From Seison nebaliae (Eukaryota), in contig JALJEE010003283.1 of the NCBI GenBank assembly GCA_023231475.1, forward strand, positions 1 to 54,986: a DNA stretch of 54,986 nt, in the 5' to 3' direction. The position numbers were made by a program, and so were the translations under genes. Of the stretch, positions 1 through 13,972 are shown one piece after another. Within the stretch, counting starts at the first letter, position 1. The number at the start of each line of letters is the position of its first letter. The notes beneath the pieces were generated by a model, which was given only the letters and a program-made list of their open reading frames with translations, made no database searches and was not told where the DNA came from.

Positions 1-431
1 TATCTTATTTGTTTCATCAAGTAGATCTCCATTTGGTGGTTGTTCGGAATAATGAAAAGTATAATTTGAAAAATACATTACATGTTGCATCTATCGTTAA
101 TAATGGAGTTTTACGTGGATTATCATTCGTTTCTTACCAAAAACAAAACCGTTTGATTTTAAGTGCATGTGATCCAGTCGCAAAAGCTGTTCATTTCTAC
201 GACATCAATACGACGGTTAAATTAGTACAAGTTAAATCTGAAACGGTTTTCACAGTATCGATAACGGAAATTTCTGGATTACCAAAAATACAACGAGGTC
301 TATTTACACCATCACTCATTCAAATTATTCCCAATGAACAATATGATTATTTGGGATTATTTATTGTCACTTTATTCAAACAAGGCAAATATATACGATT
401 TCCAAGTAGATTATTGGTGGAATGGAACTAA
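1..431 (+). CDS. 3' part of an unidentified protein, truncated by the window start
   Basis: 140-codon open frame from the window edge to TAA at 429-431; no family recognised. Confidence 0.4.
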   Translation, partial: SYLFHQVDLHLVVVRNNEKYNLKNTLHVASIVNNGVLRGLSFVSYQKQNRLILSACDPVAKAVHFYDINTTVKLVQVKSETVFTVSITEISGLPKIQRGLFTPSLIQIIPNEQYDYLGLFIVTLFKQGKYIRFPSRLLVEWN

Positions 432-1409
432 AATGATATGCTCCAAATGACTCTCCAACCAGTAAAAATTCAATTTTGTTTTCGGGAAATAAAATTATAT
501 TATTTTTCATTTTGGAATTTTTATTCTTTGGTGAAAGATTTTATTCAACTTTAAAATGTTTCATTTACAACTAACCGTCAACTACTAACTACAACTTGTA
601 AGAAAGCACGCGAAGAAGAATAAAACTTTCAATGTGGAGATGATGAAAAAATTATGGTTCGACTGAATGTTTCAATTGTTGAGAAATTAAATTGTTAAGT
701 TAAAACATGGATCATCCAAAACGTAAACATGAACTCAAATTAATTATGTGATGTTGTAGAACTAAATTCCGATTGGAAATGTTCTAGTTTGGTCGAAATT
801 TTAAATCGGAATTTTCCGGTAAGAGCAGCTCAAATTTATCGTTATTCAAGCGCGTAATAATATTTGGTGGTGAAAATGAATGAGTGAAGACAAAATCAAA
901 TTAATAGAATTTATAAAATTAAAATTTTAACAATATAAGAAAGTTATGTGGAAAAAAAGAATAATTATCTGGGAAAGGTGTGCGACTTGATCAAATATTA
1001 ATAAATTTGAAAAAAGATGAATTCAAGACGATGGGAACGAGAATATGTGATCATTCTTATGATAAAACATAGATAGGATTCATAATTTAATTAACTTGGG
1101 AGAAATAATAAGCGACAAGACGAAAAGAAGTTGAATGGAGGATGTAACGTCATTTCCATCTGTCCCTTCAATCCCAATGGATTTACATGTAAGAAGAGAA
1201 AGGAATGGAAGATGTCTGATTGGACAAATCGAATGAAAAAGGGCAATATGAATCAAAATCCTTCTTGAGATTAATTGTTGTGATTTAGAATGATTCAATC
1301 TCCATTTCCAAATTTGATGACTCATCTCCGTGTGAAAAAGTGGAAACATTTCCTCTTTGGATTGTTGCATTTCATACGCATAATTCCAACATTAATCACT
1401 ATTCGAATA

Positions 1410-4400
1410 TTATTCCGTCACTTGTGCAGATGCGGCTAATCGTTGGCTTAATGGAAACTTATAAACCCATCCCCTTTGATCATCTTTATCGAAATACTTA
1501 TTTAAATTAAATTTGAATTGAAAAAGAATTTGAGGAAAGAAATGATAAACTTTTGTCTTCCATTCTTCCGATTTCGTTTGTCGTTCTTTTAACTCAGTTC
1601 GTTGTTTGCCTTCGATGGCACTCTTCTCATTCGTCGCTTCATCTAATCGTCCATATTGCAAATGTTCCGTCACATTTCTCCATAACTTCCTCGATTCAGT
1701 TTCATGTTGCAATTTCAATGGACGAACAAGTTTCCTATGAACTGGAGTTTTTATTGTGTCGAAGAAGACGTCAGAATGATTGGACTAGAGAAGGACATAT
1801 TGAATAGAAGACAATAAGGAAATATAATGGAAAACTTTAATTGGGTTCTTTATAGTCATGAGACCATTCCATTCACCGGTAATCGTTAAAAACGGTTTCT
1901 TATCTTTTTGATGGAAAATGCCAGCATGAATCTGATGTTTCTTCCCACCATAAAATGGCTAAATAATGAGAAATTTAAATTATTATTATTATAAATAAAT
2001 TTAAATTAATAATATGAATTATTTAAATTAACTTTTGGATGGAAGTCAATTTTCGAATAATAGCCAGTCTTCTTACAATTAATACTCACTTCACCAGCCA
2101 TTTCGAACCAAGGCGATCCGAACAAACCTCTAGAAAAATTTTTGAAAATTTATAATTTATAAAATTGCTGAATGAAAATACGAACCTGCCAAAGGCTGAT
2201 GGAAATGAAAATTCATATTCCTCTTCGAAATTCAATAGATTGAGATAAGTATGTCCCACCAAATGCACAGCTAATGATAAGCCATAAAATTTGGATTTTG
2301 TGTAGATTTGGCCCATTATCTCCATTCGCTCTTTTGGACATTCGGCATAGAAAGCTGATACCGGTGGATGATGAGATACTTGTTCGGCAATAAATGACAA
2401 ATCTTCAGAGGAGGCCCAAGGAACTGGTCGTCCATCATCTCCAATTAAATAATCACTAAATAATATAAGATAATAAATAAATTTGAATAAGTGAAGAAAA
2501 ACGTTTGATTTTGAATTAAATTCGATTTACTTTCTCGACGGAAACGATCTTTCGTATTATCTTCATTGTCTGCGTAGAAACATTGGAAAATTTCTCCCAG
2601 AACTGGATTATAAGGCTTCTTTGGAACAGTGGATTTACGTGAGGCATGGAATGAACCCAAATACCATCTGGTGACAGCAATCATACGATCTTTTGCCGTT
2701 TCACCTTTGTTACAAGCGAGGAAGATATCTGGATGAGCGATGAAATTGGCGAACATTTCAAGAGTGGAATTTCTTTCCAAAATAAATGTGGGCAATGTAA
2801 CACGGGTAAGATCCATCCCGATGGACAATTGGGAGAGCAAATGTCGAATAACACTACAATTCTCTACCACACATTTATTGATGTCATTATTATCATCGAG
2901 GTTCTCGTTCAATTCATCGTACCAAAGCAACTGATTAACGTCTTGGAACTTATTCTGTATTTCTTCCATCGATAAACTTTTGACGGAACAATAACTGAGA
3001 TGAGTATCTAATTCAGAAATTGTAGCGTCATTTCTTGAGGCTTGATATTTCCTAACACTATTACTAGACGAATAAAACAGGTAAACGGATTGGATAAAAA
3101 TCGAAAATCAAAAAATTAAAAAACCCATTATTATTCTCATTTTGAATCATATTCTCTTCATCTCTACAATTCGGTTCTTCATTCCAATCAGTTTCATTAA
3201 ATCCATCTGTTGGACCATTATCGATCTTCTCTTCCTTCACGTTATCATACGGCTCCTGCTCACTACTTTCTTCTGGTGTGCCAGAAATGCTGCAAACAGA
3301 AATTAAAATTATTAATCAAAATTTCTTATTCTTTTTCATAATAATCATTAAGGTGATTGACTTCTAATTTTAGCGAGGTCATTAAATTTCAGTTTTCTTC
3401 ATGGAACTCACATCTACTCCATCCTCCTCCTCCTCTTCTCCGTATATTCTCTATCTACATCAGTTCAACGAATTAATAACTCATTTACTCTTCTCATTAC
3501 ACCAAAATCATCCACACACACACACACACACCCACACTCAGAGAGAGAGAGAGAGAGATACATGTTTAGAAGCGCTCAAAAGATAGTGGAACATTATTGA
3601 AAAAAAAATTCACAATTTCACCAAAAACACACGGAAATTGTGCTGAAAGCACATTGGAACTATAATACAGAATGATGTTTGAACAAAATGGAATGGAGTA
3701 TGATTTTTATGTTGAAATGATCGATGATGCTGTGTCGCTGCCTCCCTTCCATACACATTCATTATATTAACATCAAAACATTCGATATGGATGTCGTTAT
3801 GTAAATGTGAGAAAGAAAAATTCGAAAAATTTTGAAGTTTAAATTATTCGCTAATAATTTCATGGAAACGGAAAAAAATGACTTGTTGTAAAGTTGGAAT
3901 GAGATGAGAGTATGTACGTATGCATATGTTTCAACTATACAAATGGGAAGAATTAGCGGAAAAAAGAATTAGTTATTGATTTAACTAATATTCACGAGAT
4001 AAATGAGGTCGGTGGAAGAATGTGGAGTTTTGTTTACAAATGTGCAAATTTTGTGTAATTTCTTTCGATTTTTTAAAATGAATCATCGTCTAAATTAATC
4101 TAATGTCCATTCTTTGATTGTGCTTCTCCATCATCATATGTTCTCTTCCTTCTTATGTGTGTGTGTGTGTGCGTGCGTGTGTATGAGTGTGTGTGTGTGT
4201 ATGTGTGTGAATGGTAGGAAAGGATGGAATTATAACAAAACGATATAAAGTCTTCAAAAACAACAATACTGATTAATAATTGAATAGTAACATCATCATT
4301 GAATGGGGGAAGGTCGAAGATATCGTAAGACAATTTAATAAGAATCATTTCTCAAGAAACATCTATCGTTCGTCTTCTTTCACTAAATTCCTTCTGTTAC

Positions 4401-6726
4401 TCACGAGCCCATTTATTGGGAATGGACAGAAGAGAGTGTGTTGTGATTAATGGAAGAAGTTAGGGAATTCTCTCTGATAATATGACATCATTATTACGTC
4501 AGTAAAATTTCATTATTCAACATCCTTATAACCTAACTATTCATTTTATTGATTAGTTACTCGACCGATTTCGTGGCCTTCTCGATTCTTAACTCATTCT
4601 CGACATTATGAGGTGAACATGGAAACCTTAATGAAATTCATCTAATTCACTTGATAGCACTTTCATGAATATTCTCCAAGTTCATTTGGGAGAATTGTTA
4701 AAATTAATTGGAAATTTCTTTAAAATTTAATTCGCTAATTCACTCACTTCTCTCCCACCGAACAACATTCGAAATTCAACGACTATTTCACTGGGAATAT
4801 AATAAAAAATTCTCTCTCGCCCAAATGGCTGTATGAGAGACGGAAACGTAATCTTTATAATGAATCTCTAATTCGAGTGAAAATTTTCGAAATTAAAATT
4901 TTTCTAATGGAAATTTAACCATGTTGGATTGATAAATTCAGAGAATGCGTCGATATACAATTCATCATCGTCATCGTCATCATCATCGTGATGGTCACGA
5001 TCGATTTCTTCATTTGTTCCATTATCAGGAGTATTTCTGACGGGAATTTTTGCATTTCCATTTTGGTCACCTAAATAATTATCTGGTAAATTTTGATGAA
5101 TTTGATGAATTGAGAATTGTAAGAGAAACTTTTCGGATTAATTAATCGATTATTTAATTCGTTCGACGGTTGATTTCCTGATTCATAAAAAATTGATTTG
5201 ATTGGAACGGAAATTTTATAATTTTTCGATTTGATACTTTTCTCAACTAAAATTTAAATTTAAAAGGGAATTGATGAGGATGAAGGAGGAACCTTGACAA
5301 AGTAATAATTGTTTGTAAATGTCATCGATTTCATCGGCACTTAATCGAATATCAGAGTCGCACAAAGTCTTCGCTAATTTCAATGAGACGATTGCATGTT
5401 GAATCGAATCACAATACGTTTGGAGCACATTCACCAATTGTTTCCCATGTTGTGAGAGTGGTGAGAGGAATTCCTCCTCACTCAACATATCCGGTCCTAA
5501 TGTCCATAATTCTGTTTTCAACCTCTCACCAGGAGTCGCCTCTACCGATATGGTATCGACCGATTTCTTCAACATTTCTACTTCAACTGGAGCTGACGAA
5601 CTCATTTGATGACATGAATTTCGGAAACTTTTCGATCGGAAACTATTGTGTTCCATCAAATTATTTATTTCGACGTTATTCATCGAAAGACGAGGCGATG
5701 AATATGAAGAAGTTCGAGCTAATTTATTTTGTTTGTCTGACGTCTCCTCTAACGATATTGTTGCTGTCAATTGTCGAATCGTCTTCTTCCTGTCCTTCAC
5801 TTTCTTATTCTTTTTCGTTTGCTTTTTTTCCGACGTTTTCATTGTCGTTCCAACTATTGACGATGATGCTGCTGTCGGTAGTGTTGTTGTTGTTGTTGTT
5901 GTGGCGAGAGTGGATATTGTCAAAGGAATTAGTTTGGATGGAGAATCTTCGTTGGAGAGTTTATCATAATATCGTCTCTCTGGATAGACATCTTCAATTT
6001 TTGTCCTTAACATCTTCGGAAAATAATTCGGAACAAAATTCTCTAGAGATGAAAGGAAATAGTAACTTGATATGATTCGATGAGTAGACCCAAATAATTT
6101 TCAGTTTCATCCAATTTATTTTGGAAATCTCTCAAATTAAAATGATTTTTTATCGATCGTTGTTTACTGATCTTCTGTTGGATGTAAATTGAATGCTCCA
6201 TCATTCCCACCCATTTATCACGTTCGTTTAATGATCGTGCTTAAAGAAAATAAATTAAATTAATAATAGTAAATAATTAAATAAAGAAAAGAATGAAAAA
6301 TTCGAAATAATTAGAAATTAGTTTTAAAACATAAAATTAGAAAGTTTTAAAATATAATGAAAAGTTTTATAAAAGAGAATGAACCTTGAAAATGATAAAC
6401 ATCAGTTGATGGTGTTATAATTTTGAATATATATTCGTCTTGATTGTCATCCAAATATATTTCTGCTTTCTAAACTCGAAGGGAATTGAGAGAAGATAGA
6501 AGAAATGACGATAGAACCTTTAACAAGATGGTATTTTTCACTTCATTCTTTCGTTCTTGTTCTTCCGACTGACAAGAGAATAATTAGGAATATTCACATA
6601 TTGACTAACCACATAGTATCGTAGAATACAATTGACACGATCAAGAACACACCATCTACTCTGCCATCCATGGACGACATTGGTCCATTTATGGAGTGAA
6701 CCGGAATAGAATCGTTGCTCGTCCAT
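1410..6726 (-). CDS. OSBPL9: Oxysterol-binding protein-related protein 9-like (PH + FFAT-like + ORD), about 14 exons
   Basis: PH domain ([17 protein letters not shown]), acidic FFAT-like motif [16 protein letters not shown] (about 4935-4985), ORD motifs [40 protein letters not shown]. 13 GT-AG introns keep the frame; the longest is 3290-4919. The paralog call (9 versus 10/11) is from motif recall. Confidence 0.9.
3514..3557. repeat. Compound (CA)n-(GA)n microsatellite
   Basis: Directly visible inside the long OSBPL9 intron. Confidence 0.9.
4156..4208. repeat. Imperfect (TG)n microsatellite
   Basis: Directly visible inside the long OSBPL9 intron. Confidence 0.9.
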
Positions 6727-8830
6727 TACACTCCGATAATGAATTTGGTGAGATCGTCGAGTTGTGTGTAGGAGAATTTATTGCGAATTTTATGCACGTT
6801 AGTCTTTTGAGATTGATGAAAGTTGAATGATGTCACAAGAGATAATAAATCGTCATTTTTCAAATCATTTTCCGTCATTCATTTAAATATTTCCATCTGC
6901 TCACGAAAAAATAGATGAATTAAAAATAAGATGTTGTCACATCTCTTTCGAATAGTCACGTCGTTTCCACGATAATAGAAAGTGAAAGGTAAAGATTGTG
7001 TTTAATGAAAATTATATATTAGTCGAACGATAATATTCAATTATATGGCGACATTGGACGAATCTCTGTAGGAAAATTTTTTTGCGCGAAAATTTACCAT
7101 CTCCTCTTCTTATCATATCACAAATTAATGTGTAACGAATAAAAAAGAATGATTTGAGAAAATTCCTGATATATTGATCTTCTTCCTGTCACTCATCAAA
7201 ATTACATAATTATCATCATCCAATATAGATGGTAATAAAAAGGAGAATTTCATATGAAATCAATTCAAGAGTTTAATAATGATGATGATGATGATGATGT
7301 GTTTGAGGGGATGAAGTTTCAAATTACTAATTTTGAATTTTGATGCAGAACGAGCAATATTTATTTTCCCCCATTTCCATCACCTTCCTTCCTTCCTTTT
7401 GACGATGTTATTCCTTCAAAACTAAATCGGATGAAATAAAAGTTTACAATACGAGAAAATCACTTTATAATAAAATTGGGAGTAGAATGGACAATATGAT
7501 TGGAATGACTTAGAATTAGTCGGTATATTAATCAACCGATTAAGAATAGAAGCTTAACTTTACTAGTCGTTTTTAATAAATGAAGATATTTCAACTGCTA
7601 TTCTCGTATGAATTACAAATACTATTCGTCCTTAACATTTGCACGTATATCGTTGCGATAGGAAAAACTTAAAAGAGAATTTGAGAAGACGAGGAATTTT
7701 TTTGAATTCATTTCTCCCAAGAATTCAGCAGGAGAAACTGTACCACCTCCCTCCCCAAACAGACAACATTCATCAATGTGTTCGCTGCACATACATGGCA
7801 TTTGAGGACATAAGGAAATACATAAATTCTGTGCATAATACATAATTCTTCTTCTCATTGTTTGTAAAGAAAAATTGAAAATTAGACGAATAATCGTTAA
7901 CATAATTATTCTTTTATATACACAAACAGACACACATACACGCACACATAAAGTACATATGTATGTGCAATTTTTTACACATACACATCTACATATGAAC
8001 GTTGAGATTTTTATAATATTTTAACTTCATGTCATTCTCAAATGCAGATGCAATGTATATGCAACGAGTGTGAAGAAAAGAATATTAGTGAATGTTTTCT
8101 CCTTTTCCCAACCTCCCCACCCCACTCCCCATCATGAATAAGTTCTTTGCAGAAATTGTTTGATTGTAAATTTCCAAGACAAACTCTCGGATGCGAGTAC
8201 TTTATGTTGCTCTTGTTTAATGAAATGAAAAAGTGCATTCAATTCCTCATTGTCATTTCATAGCTGAAGGAAATATTGATATACATATAAAACGGGACAT
8301 TTTAATTGAAGAGAAAATCGTCTTGGAGTGATCGTCGAAGGATTGTCGTTTAGTTGACCGAACGAAGACAATTTGTCTTTCCCCGCCGTCTAACTCTTTT
8401 CTCGATTTGTTGGAAATGAGGAGAGGACTATACAAACAAATGTGGTCGTTGACAATAGATTCGATAGAGAAGTTGACGGATTTATTAGTTGTTTCGCCGA
8501 CTAATGTTAGAGAATGTGTAAGGAATTGTTTGAGAAATAAATATGTGAGAATAAGGGAAGAGTGACTATATTGTAAGAGTTATCGGTCGACAAACAATAA
8601 CGTCGTTAGTGTAGGACTACAGATGTTCCACGTATGACTGAAAATTAGTAGATGAACTTTAGTAAACAAATAAATTGACTAACACGAAATGTTAGGAGAG
8701 AATTGTCTCAATTTAATTGAATATCATTTAAATGTCCGATCGACTTGATCGTTCCATAAAATGAGAAATTTCTTATTCAATTCAATCTCTCTCCATTGGC
8801 AATATTAAAGAAATTAGGAAATCTTATTCG

Positions 8831-8890
8831 ATTTCGTCGATTAGTTAACTAGCCAAATTAATTTCGTCGATTAGTCAACCATCAAAATTA
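8831..8890. repeat. 30-bp direct tandem duplication upstream of EXO1
   Basis: atttcgtcgattagttaactagccaaatta followed immediately by atttcgtcgattagtcaaccatcaaaatta. Confidence 0.85.
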
Positions 8891-9081
8891 ATTCAATGTT
8901 AATTTGATTTTAAGAATTAATGGAAATTGTTTGATAATTAAATTAATAAATGTGAAATTAGAGATAGAATAAGAAATGATTGTGAGGTGAAATTGAGGAA
9001 CTTCTTCTCTTCCACAAACTATGGAAGTGAACTTTCAAACAGTTAAGCTTTCTACTAACAAAACATTTAGACGGTAAATTA

Positions 9082-11122
9082 ATGGGAATAACAGGTCTCC
9101 TGCCATTCGTCAAGGATGCTACCAGAGAATGTAAATTAGACGAATTCGCTAATACTACCGTTGCCATCGATGCATCCACTTGGCTATACAAAGCAGTCTT
9201 CTCTTGTGCCGATAAAGTCTTCCAGAAAATTCCAACGGAAATGTTCTAATTCCATTTAATTGCACAATTTCCTCATATTCTTTCTAGATATATCGATATT
9301 TTCATCGATCGTACATTCCAATTGACGAGGAGAAATATTAAACCAATTTTCGTTTTCGATGGACTTCCTCTCCCCGCCAAACGGCCCACTAACGATAAAC
9401 GGAAGAAGTTCTGATTCTAATGAAAATCATTAATATCAACTAATTTTCCATCATTATTACCATCATTACGAAATGTTTTAGGGAGAAAGAAAAATATAAG
9501 AAACAAGCAAAAAAATTGATCGAGGATGAGAGAAATGGCAAAGTGATTTCTCGTCAACAATTGCTCGATATTTGTCGTCGATGTATTGAAATTACACCTG
9601 ATATTTATGAACCAATTATCGAAGTTTCTGCTTCATTTTTTCCTCATTTTAAAATTTTTTCGCAATATTATTAAATGAAATTATTATAGAAATTGAAGAA
9701 AATGGAGATTGATTGTATTATGGCTCCTTATGAAGCAGACGCTCAATTAGCATTTCTCCAATTGAACCGTTTAACGGAAGCAGTAATTACTGAAGATTCT
9801 GATTTAATATTATTCGGTTGTGATAAAGTTTCACCAATTTATTTATTTGAAAAATATTGATAGAAAGAATAGATAATTTATAAATTAGATAACGAAGGAA
9901 ATGGAATCTTATTTGAATTGAAACAATTGACAAAAGATTTCGGACAGAAAATGAATTTTTTCAAATTCCGTCGAGCCTGCATTCTTAGCGGATGTGATTA
10001 TTTGAATGGAATCCATCGAATTGGAATCAAAACTGCAATGAAGGCATTCCGTTTAACAAATAAAACTGATATGAATATCGTCGTTAGAGAGTTGGGAAGA
10101 AATTTGAATATGAAACGAATAGAAATTCCAGAGAAGTTTGTCGAAGAATTTGAGAAAGCTGAATTCACTTTTCAACATCAACTTATTATGAATCCGCTCA
10201 AACAGAAAATGGAACCATTAACTCCAATTCCTGTGACTATTCTCCACCGATTGAAAATCGAAGAAATTGACGATATTTTTGATGAGAATCTCCACCAATA
10301 TTTCGATATAAATCAACCTCATTTGTACAACGCAGGAATGTTTCCGTTTTATTCTCGAATTTAGTGAATTTGATCAATTTCATCATTCAGATATTTAGAT
10401 GAGAAATTTTCCGTTTCATTTGCTCAATGTAATGTCGATAGGAGAACGTACGAGATAAGAGTTTTCATTCATTAATTAATTAATTTATTAATTTTATATT
10501 TAATAAAATTCTTCTAGAAGAATCATTCAAATTTCCATGAAATTTCAAATTTCAAAGAAACGTCGATTTGGAATAAAAACTACAAAAATTCTCAAAGCAA
10601 TTTTATAGAAGGAAAGATTAAACATGATTTTCCTGATTATAAAATTCCGGACGAAATAAAAGAAGTTCTCACATATCATCTCCTAATTTGAATTATTCTT
10701 TATTAAATTTTTAGAATATTTTGTCAAGTTCAGACAAAGTGAAAATATTAAATGTCTCAAAATTCAAAAGTTCGTGGCACTCTAAATTATGTGCAGAAGA
10801 AATTGGAGAAGATTTGGAGAATAATTCAAATATCATCAATTCAGAAGAGAATGAAGAAAATGAAAAAATGAGGGAAACAATAAAAAAAATTGAAGAGAAT
10901 AGAGATCGTCCGATGGAAAATTATATAAAGAAGACTCAAAATTTAATAATTGATAAAGAAAACATCAAAATGGAAATGGATGATGGGAAGGAAAATGTGG
11001 AAATGATGAAATCGAACCTAAAGAGATCAGCATCATCACTTGCTTATTTATTAAATAGTGATGATGGTATAATTTCATCGAAATTGAGGAAAAGTTCCAG
11101 TATTTATTTTCAAAACAATTGA
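9082..11122 (+). CDS. EXO1: Exonuclease 1 (XPG/RAD2 family), 8 exons
   Basis: [65 protein letters not shown]. Introns 9243-9287, 9408-9481, 9624-9689, 9828-9872, 10340-10390, 10461-10517, 10665-10714. Confidence 0.93.
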
Positions 11123-11919
11123 AATTTTCTAACATTTATCTACCTAATTAATTCCTTCTAATTTTTTTTTCATTTCTTAAAATTCTCATTATTGAAGTAG
11201 AAAAAAATGTTGAAATAATAATATAATTAAATGTTTGTCTGAATTACCAATAATCGAAGAAGATCAAAAGGATTTGTTTTTATTGTATTTCTAATGACTT
11301 GATTTTTTTGAGATAAATTTCTCTCAACTCACATGATGATTGTCTGATGAGAAATAAATTCATTTATCAGAAATATCGAGTGAATGATGGGAGAAAGGAT
11401 GAAAGCCTCCAATGAAGGATGAGAGAAGGGGGCGGGTGGGAGAGAAAGAGTGAAATAGGAGAAAATAACATAAATTTGGAAGAATGAAGGAAGAATAAAT
11501 GAGTTCTTTAAAACCTTCACCTTAATGCTCTTGCGTTAGAAATGGGAAATTTTTGAAATATTACTTCACAACATGAGATTTGAATAGAAAAAAGGAACGA
11601 AAGGAAAGAATGAAAAATGAAAAAAATGATCGGAAAAAAATGTTCAGATCAAATTCATCGGAGAGAAAAGGAGATTTGGTTTTGTGTTAGAGCAAAATGA
11701 GATGTAAAGAAAAGTGCATAAAAATATTAGAAAGAGAAAAAAGAAGGAATTCTAAAAGATAAAAAAAAGAATTGACTTAGAATTCGATAAATCCGATCAA
11801 TCAACGCATTTGTTGTTCTTCATATTTATCTTAATTCTGTTAAATGGAAGATAATGGGAAAAATTAGTGAAATGTTTCTTGTAAATCTAATTCTATTCCG
11901 TTGTCATTTTTCATGAGAT

Positions 11920-13083
11920 TCATTCGTCATTATCTTCATCGATTGGATCGACTACTTCAGGTTTGGGCACTTTCACAACCTGATCTATCGCATCCATTTC
12001 ATTGAATTTCTCGATTAGAGATGATAATTTGTCACGAATGGTCGCCCATGACTCTCTTGGTAACTGAACAAACATTTCATATTTCTTCGTATATTCCGAA
12101 AGAATTAGATATGCACCACGATTGTTCACTTTCGGTTCCATAACAAAACCTTTATTAGCAGTGTGGAACGTTTCTGGATTCATTGCGTCAGCTAAATTTT
12201 CCATCAATTTATTAAATAATAAATTAAATATATTTTAAATTTAAATTAAAAAAAAAAAAAAAAAAAAATTAAATAATAATAAATTAAAAATATTTCAAAT
12301 TTCAATAATAATAAATTAAATATATTTTAAATTTAAATAATAATAAATTAAATATATTTTAAATTTAAATAATAATAAATTAAAAATATTTCAAATTTAA
12401 ATAATAATAAATTAAATATATTTTAAATTTAAATAATAATAAAGTTAACCACTCTTTTCAAAACCGACACCATGCTCCTCATACAATTCGGTTAGATGTT
12501 TTCGTAATTCACTAATGTGATCTGATGGGATGGTAACGGAATTACGGAGACCATAACGGTTCACTGAACAAATTCGAAGAAATCGTCCACGTGCATTCTC
12601 CTTCAAATCCACATAATATTTACGTCCGTGCATGGAGATGTCTTGTGTCTTCAACAACTTGACAGGATCATTGTTCATCGTTCCACTGCCACTCTTTTCT
12701 TTGGATTCATCAGTAAATTCGATTTTGGAATCGAATTCTTCGAATGTCTCTAAAATTTTACAGAGTTGCAATGCTGTCTCGATACTTAAGAAAATCTGCT
12801 GTCGTCTTGACTGGAAAATCTGATGATGAAATTTGAGTGAAAATGAAATGAGAAAAATAAAAATTTAACTCCGACAATCTTGAAAAATCGATCGACATTA
12901 TTCTCCTTAAGATCGATGTAACATACTTTATTTTTAAATTTCATACAACGTGAACCGACAACTTTCACTTGGAAATTCTCTGAATTATCGAGAGATTAGA
13001 GAGAGATGAAATAATTGAGATGAACCGTTCGAATTTGACTTTTCCATTTGACCATTCGTCTTTTCTACCTTCATATTAGCCAT
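11920..13083 (-). CDS. PURA: Pur-alpha family ssDNA/RNA-binding protein with three PUR repeats, 4 exons
   Basis: KNKVCYIDLKENNVDRFFKI, GRKYYVDLKENARGRFLRI, NNRGAYLILSE. Introns 12980-13025, 12820-12869, 12192-12449. Confidence 0.85.
12214..12443. repeat. AT-rich 32-bp minisatellite plus poly(A) run inside Pur-alpha intron 3
   Basis: Five full units (aaataataataaattaaatatattttaaattt and variants) start at 12271, 12303, 12335, 12367 and 12399, with partial units on both sides and an A-run at about 12248-12268. Confidence 0.92.
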
Positions 13084-13972
13084 TTCTCACAATTCTTCAC
13101 AATTATTAAGATACTCAATTTATTCAATCAATCTTCGGTCACAACCAACTCACTCACATTCACAGCAGATTTTCCTTCCCTCACTTATTTGCCTTTTTGA
13201 CGTCTGTCACACGAAAGAGAAGAAGAAAAATATTTATATAAAAAGCATTTATAAAAATATGTTTTGAGGAAAGTTATTGTACAACTTTCTTTCAAAATAA
13301 AGATGAATGAGATAATAGAAGAGAGAAAAAGAAGATATGTTGTGGATAGAAATGTTGAGGAAGAGAAGTCAAGATCATCAAACATATTCATGAAAATGAA
13401 AGAATAATATTTAATAGAAATCAATTGAATGTTGTGAATAAATGAAAGAAGAATGAAAGGAGGAAGAACATCGGTTAGATATGGTAAAATTGTTAGCAGT
13501 ATTCTTCTTCGAATTCCTTTCAATTTCGAAGCGAAAGAGAAATTCATTGAAAACGATAACCTTTTACCGAATATGCCGACATAGATGATATGATTTTTAT
13601 GAATACTAATTAACGAACACTTCTCTATTCTTTTCATGCAATAAGAGAATATGAACATTTGAATTATCCATTAACAACAACAGGATTTTTTCGCTGAAGC
13701 TTATTCGTTGAAGAAATAGTGGGGAATTAATTATGGATTAAATGTGCCCACAAATGCATTCAATATACACACGTACATACACACACAGACATCGATGTAG
13801 AGATATACGTACAAAAAAGGATAGGCATGCACGTATACACTTTTCCCTGTTGAATATATATATATATGAGGAAGTAGTCACCCGGGATATTTTCACATGA
13901 AAATCCTTGTTGTCTCCTTTTGGAAAATTGTTTTATTTAGGAACATAAGTCAATCGGACTGAAGAAGGAAAT

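Noticed and set aside
429..858. Coding-looking frames interrupted by TAA after the first ORF (stop recoding or pseudogene?)
   Set aside because: Splice phases do not join, TAA is expected often in such AT-rich DNA, and conserved genes here end normally in TAA, TAG or TGA with no in-frame stops.
1080..1370. 96-aa minus-strand ORF
   Set aside because: Lies just downstream of the OSBPL9 stop, probably 3' UTR; no motif.
5383..6075. Long plus-strand ORFs (also 21927-22301, 32247-32688, 34025-34336)
   Set aside because: Antisense shadows of low-complexity exons of real genes on the other strand.
7081..7092. E2F-like TTTCGCGC site
   Set aside because: A single short match about 2 kb from EXO1; not distinguishable from chance.
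12271..12430. 32-bp repeats as a CRISPR array
   Set aside because: Units are head-to-tail with no spacers, inside a eukaryotic intron, with no cas genes.
13185..13658. 157-aa hydrophobic minus-strand ORF
   Set aside because: Phe/Ile/Ser composition simply reflects T-rich DNA upstream of Pur-alpha; no family features or splice support.
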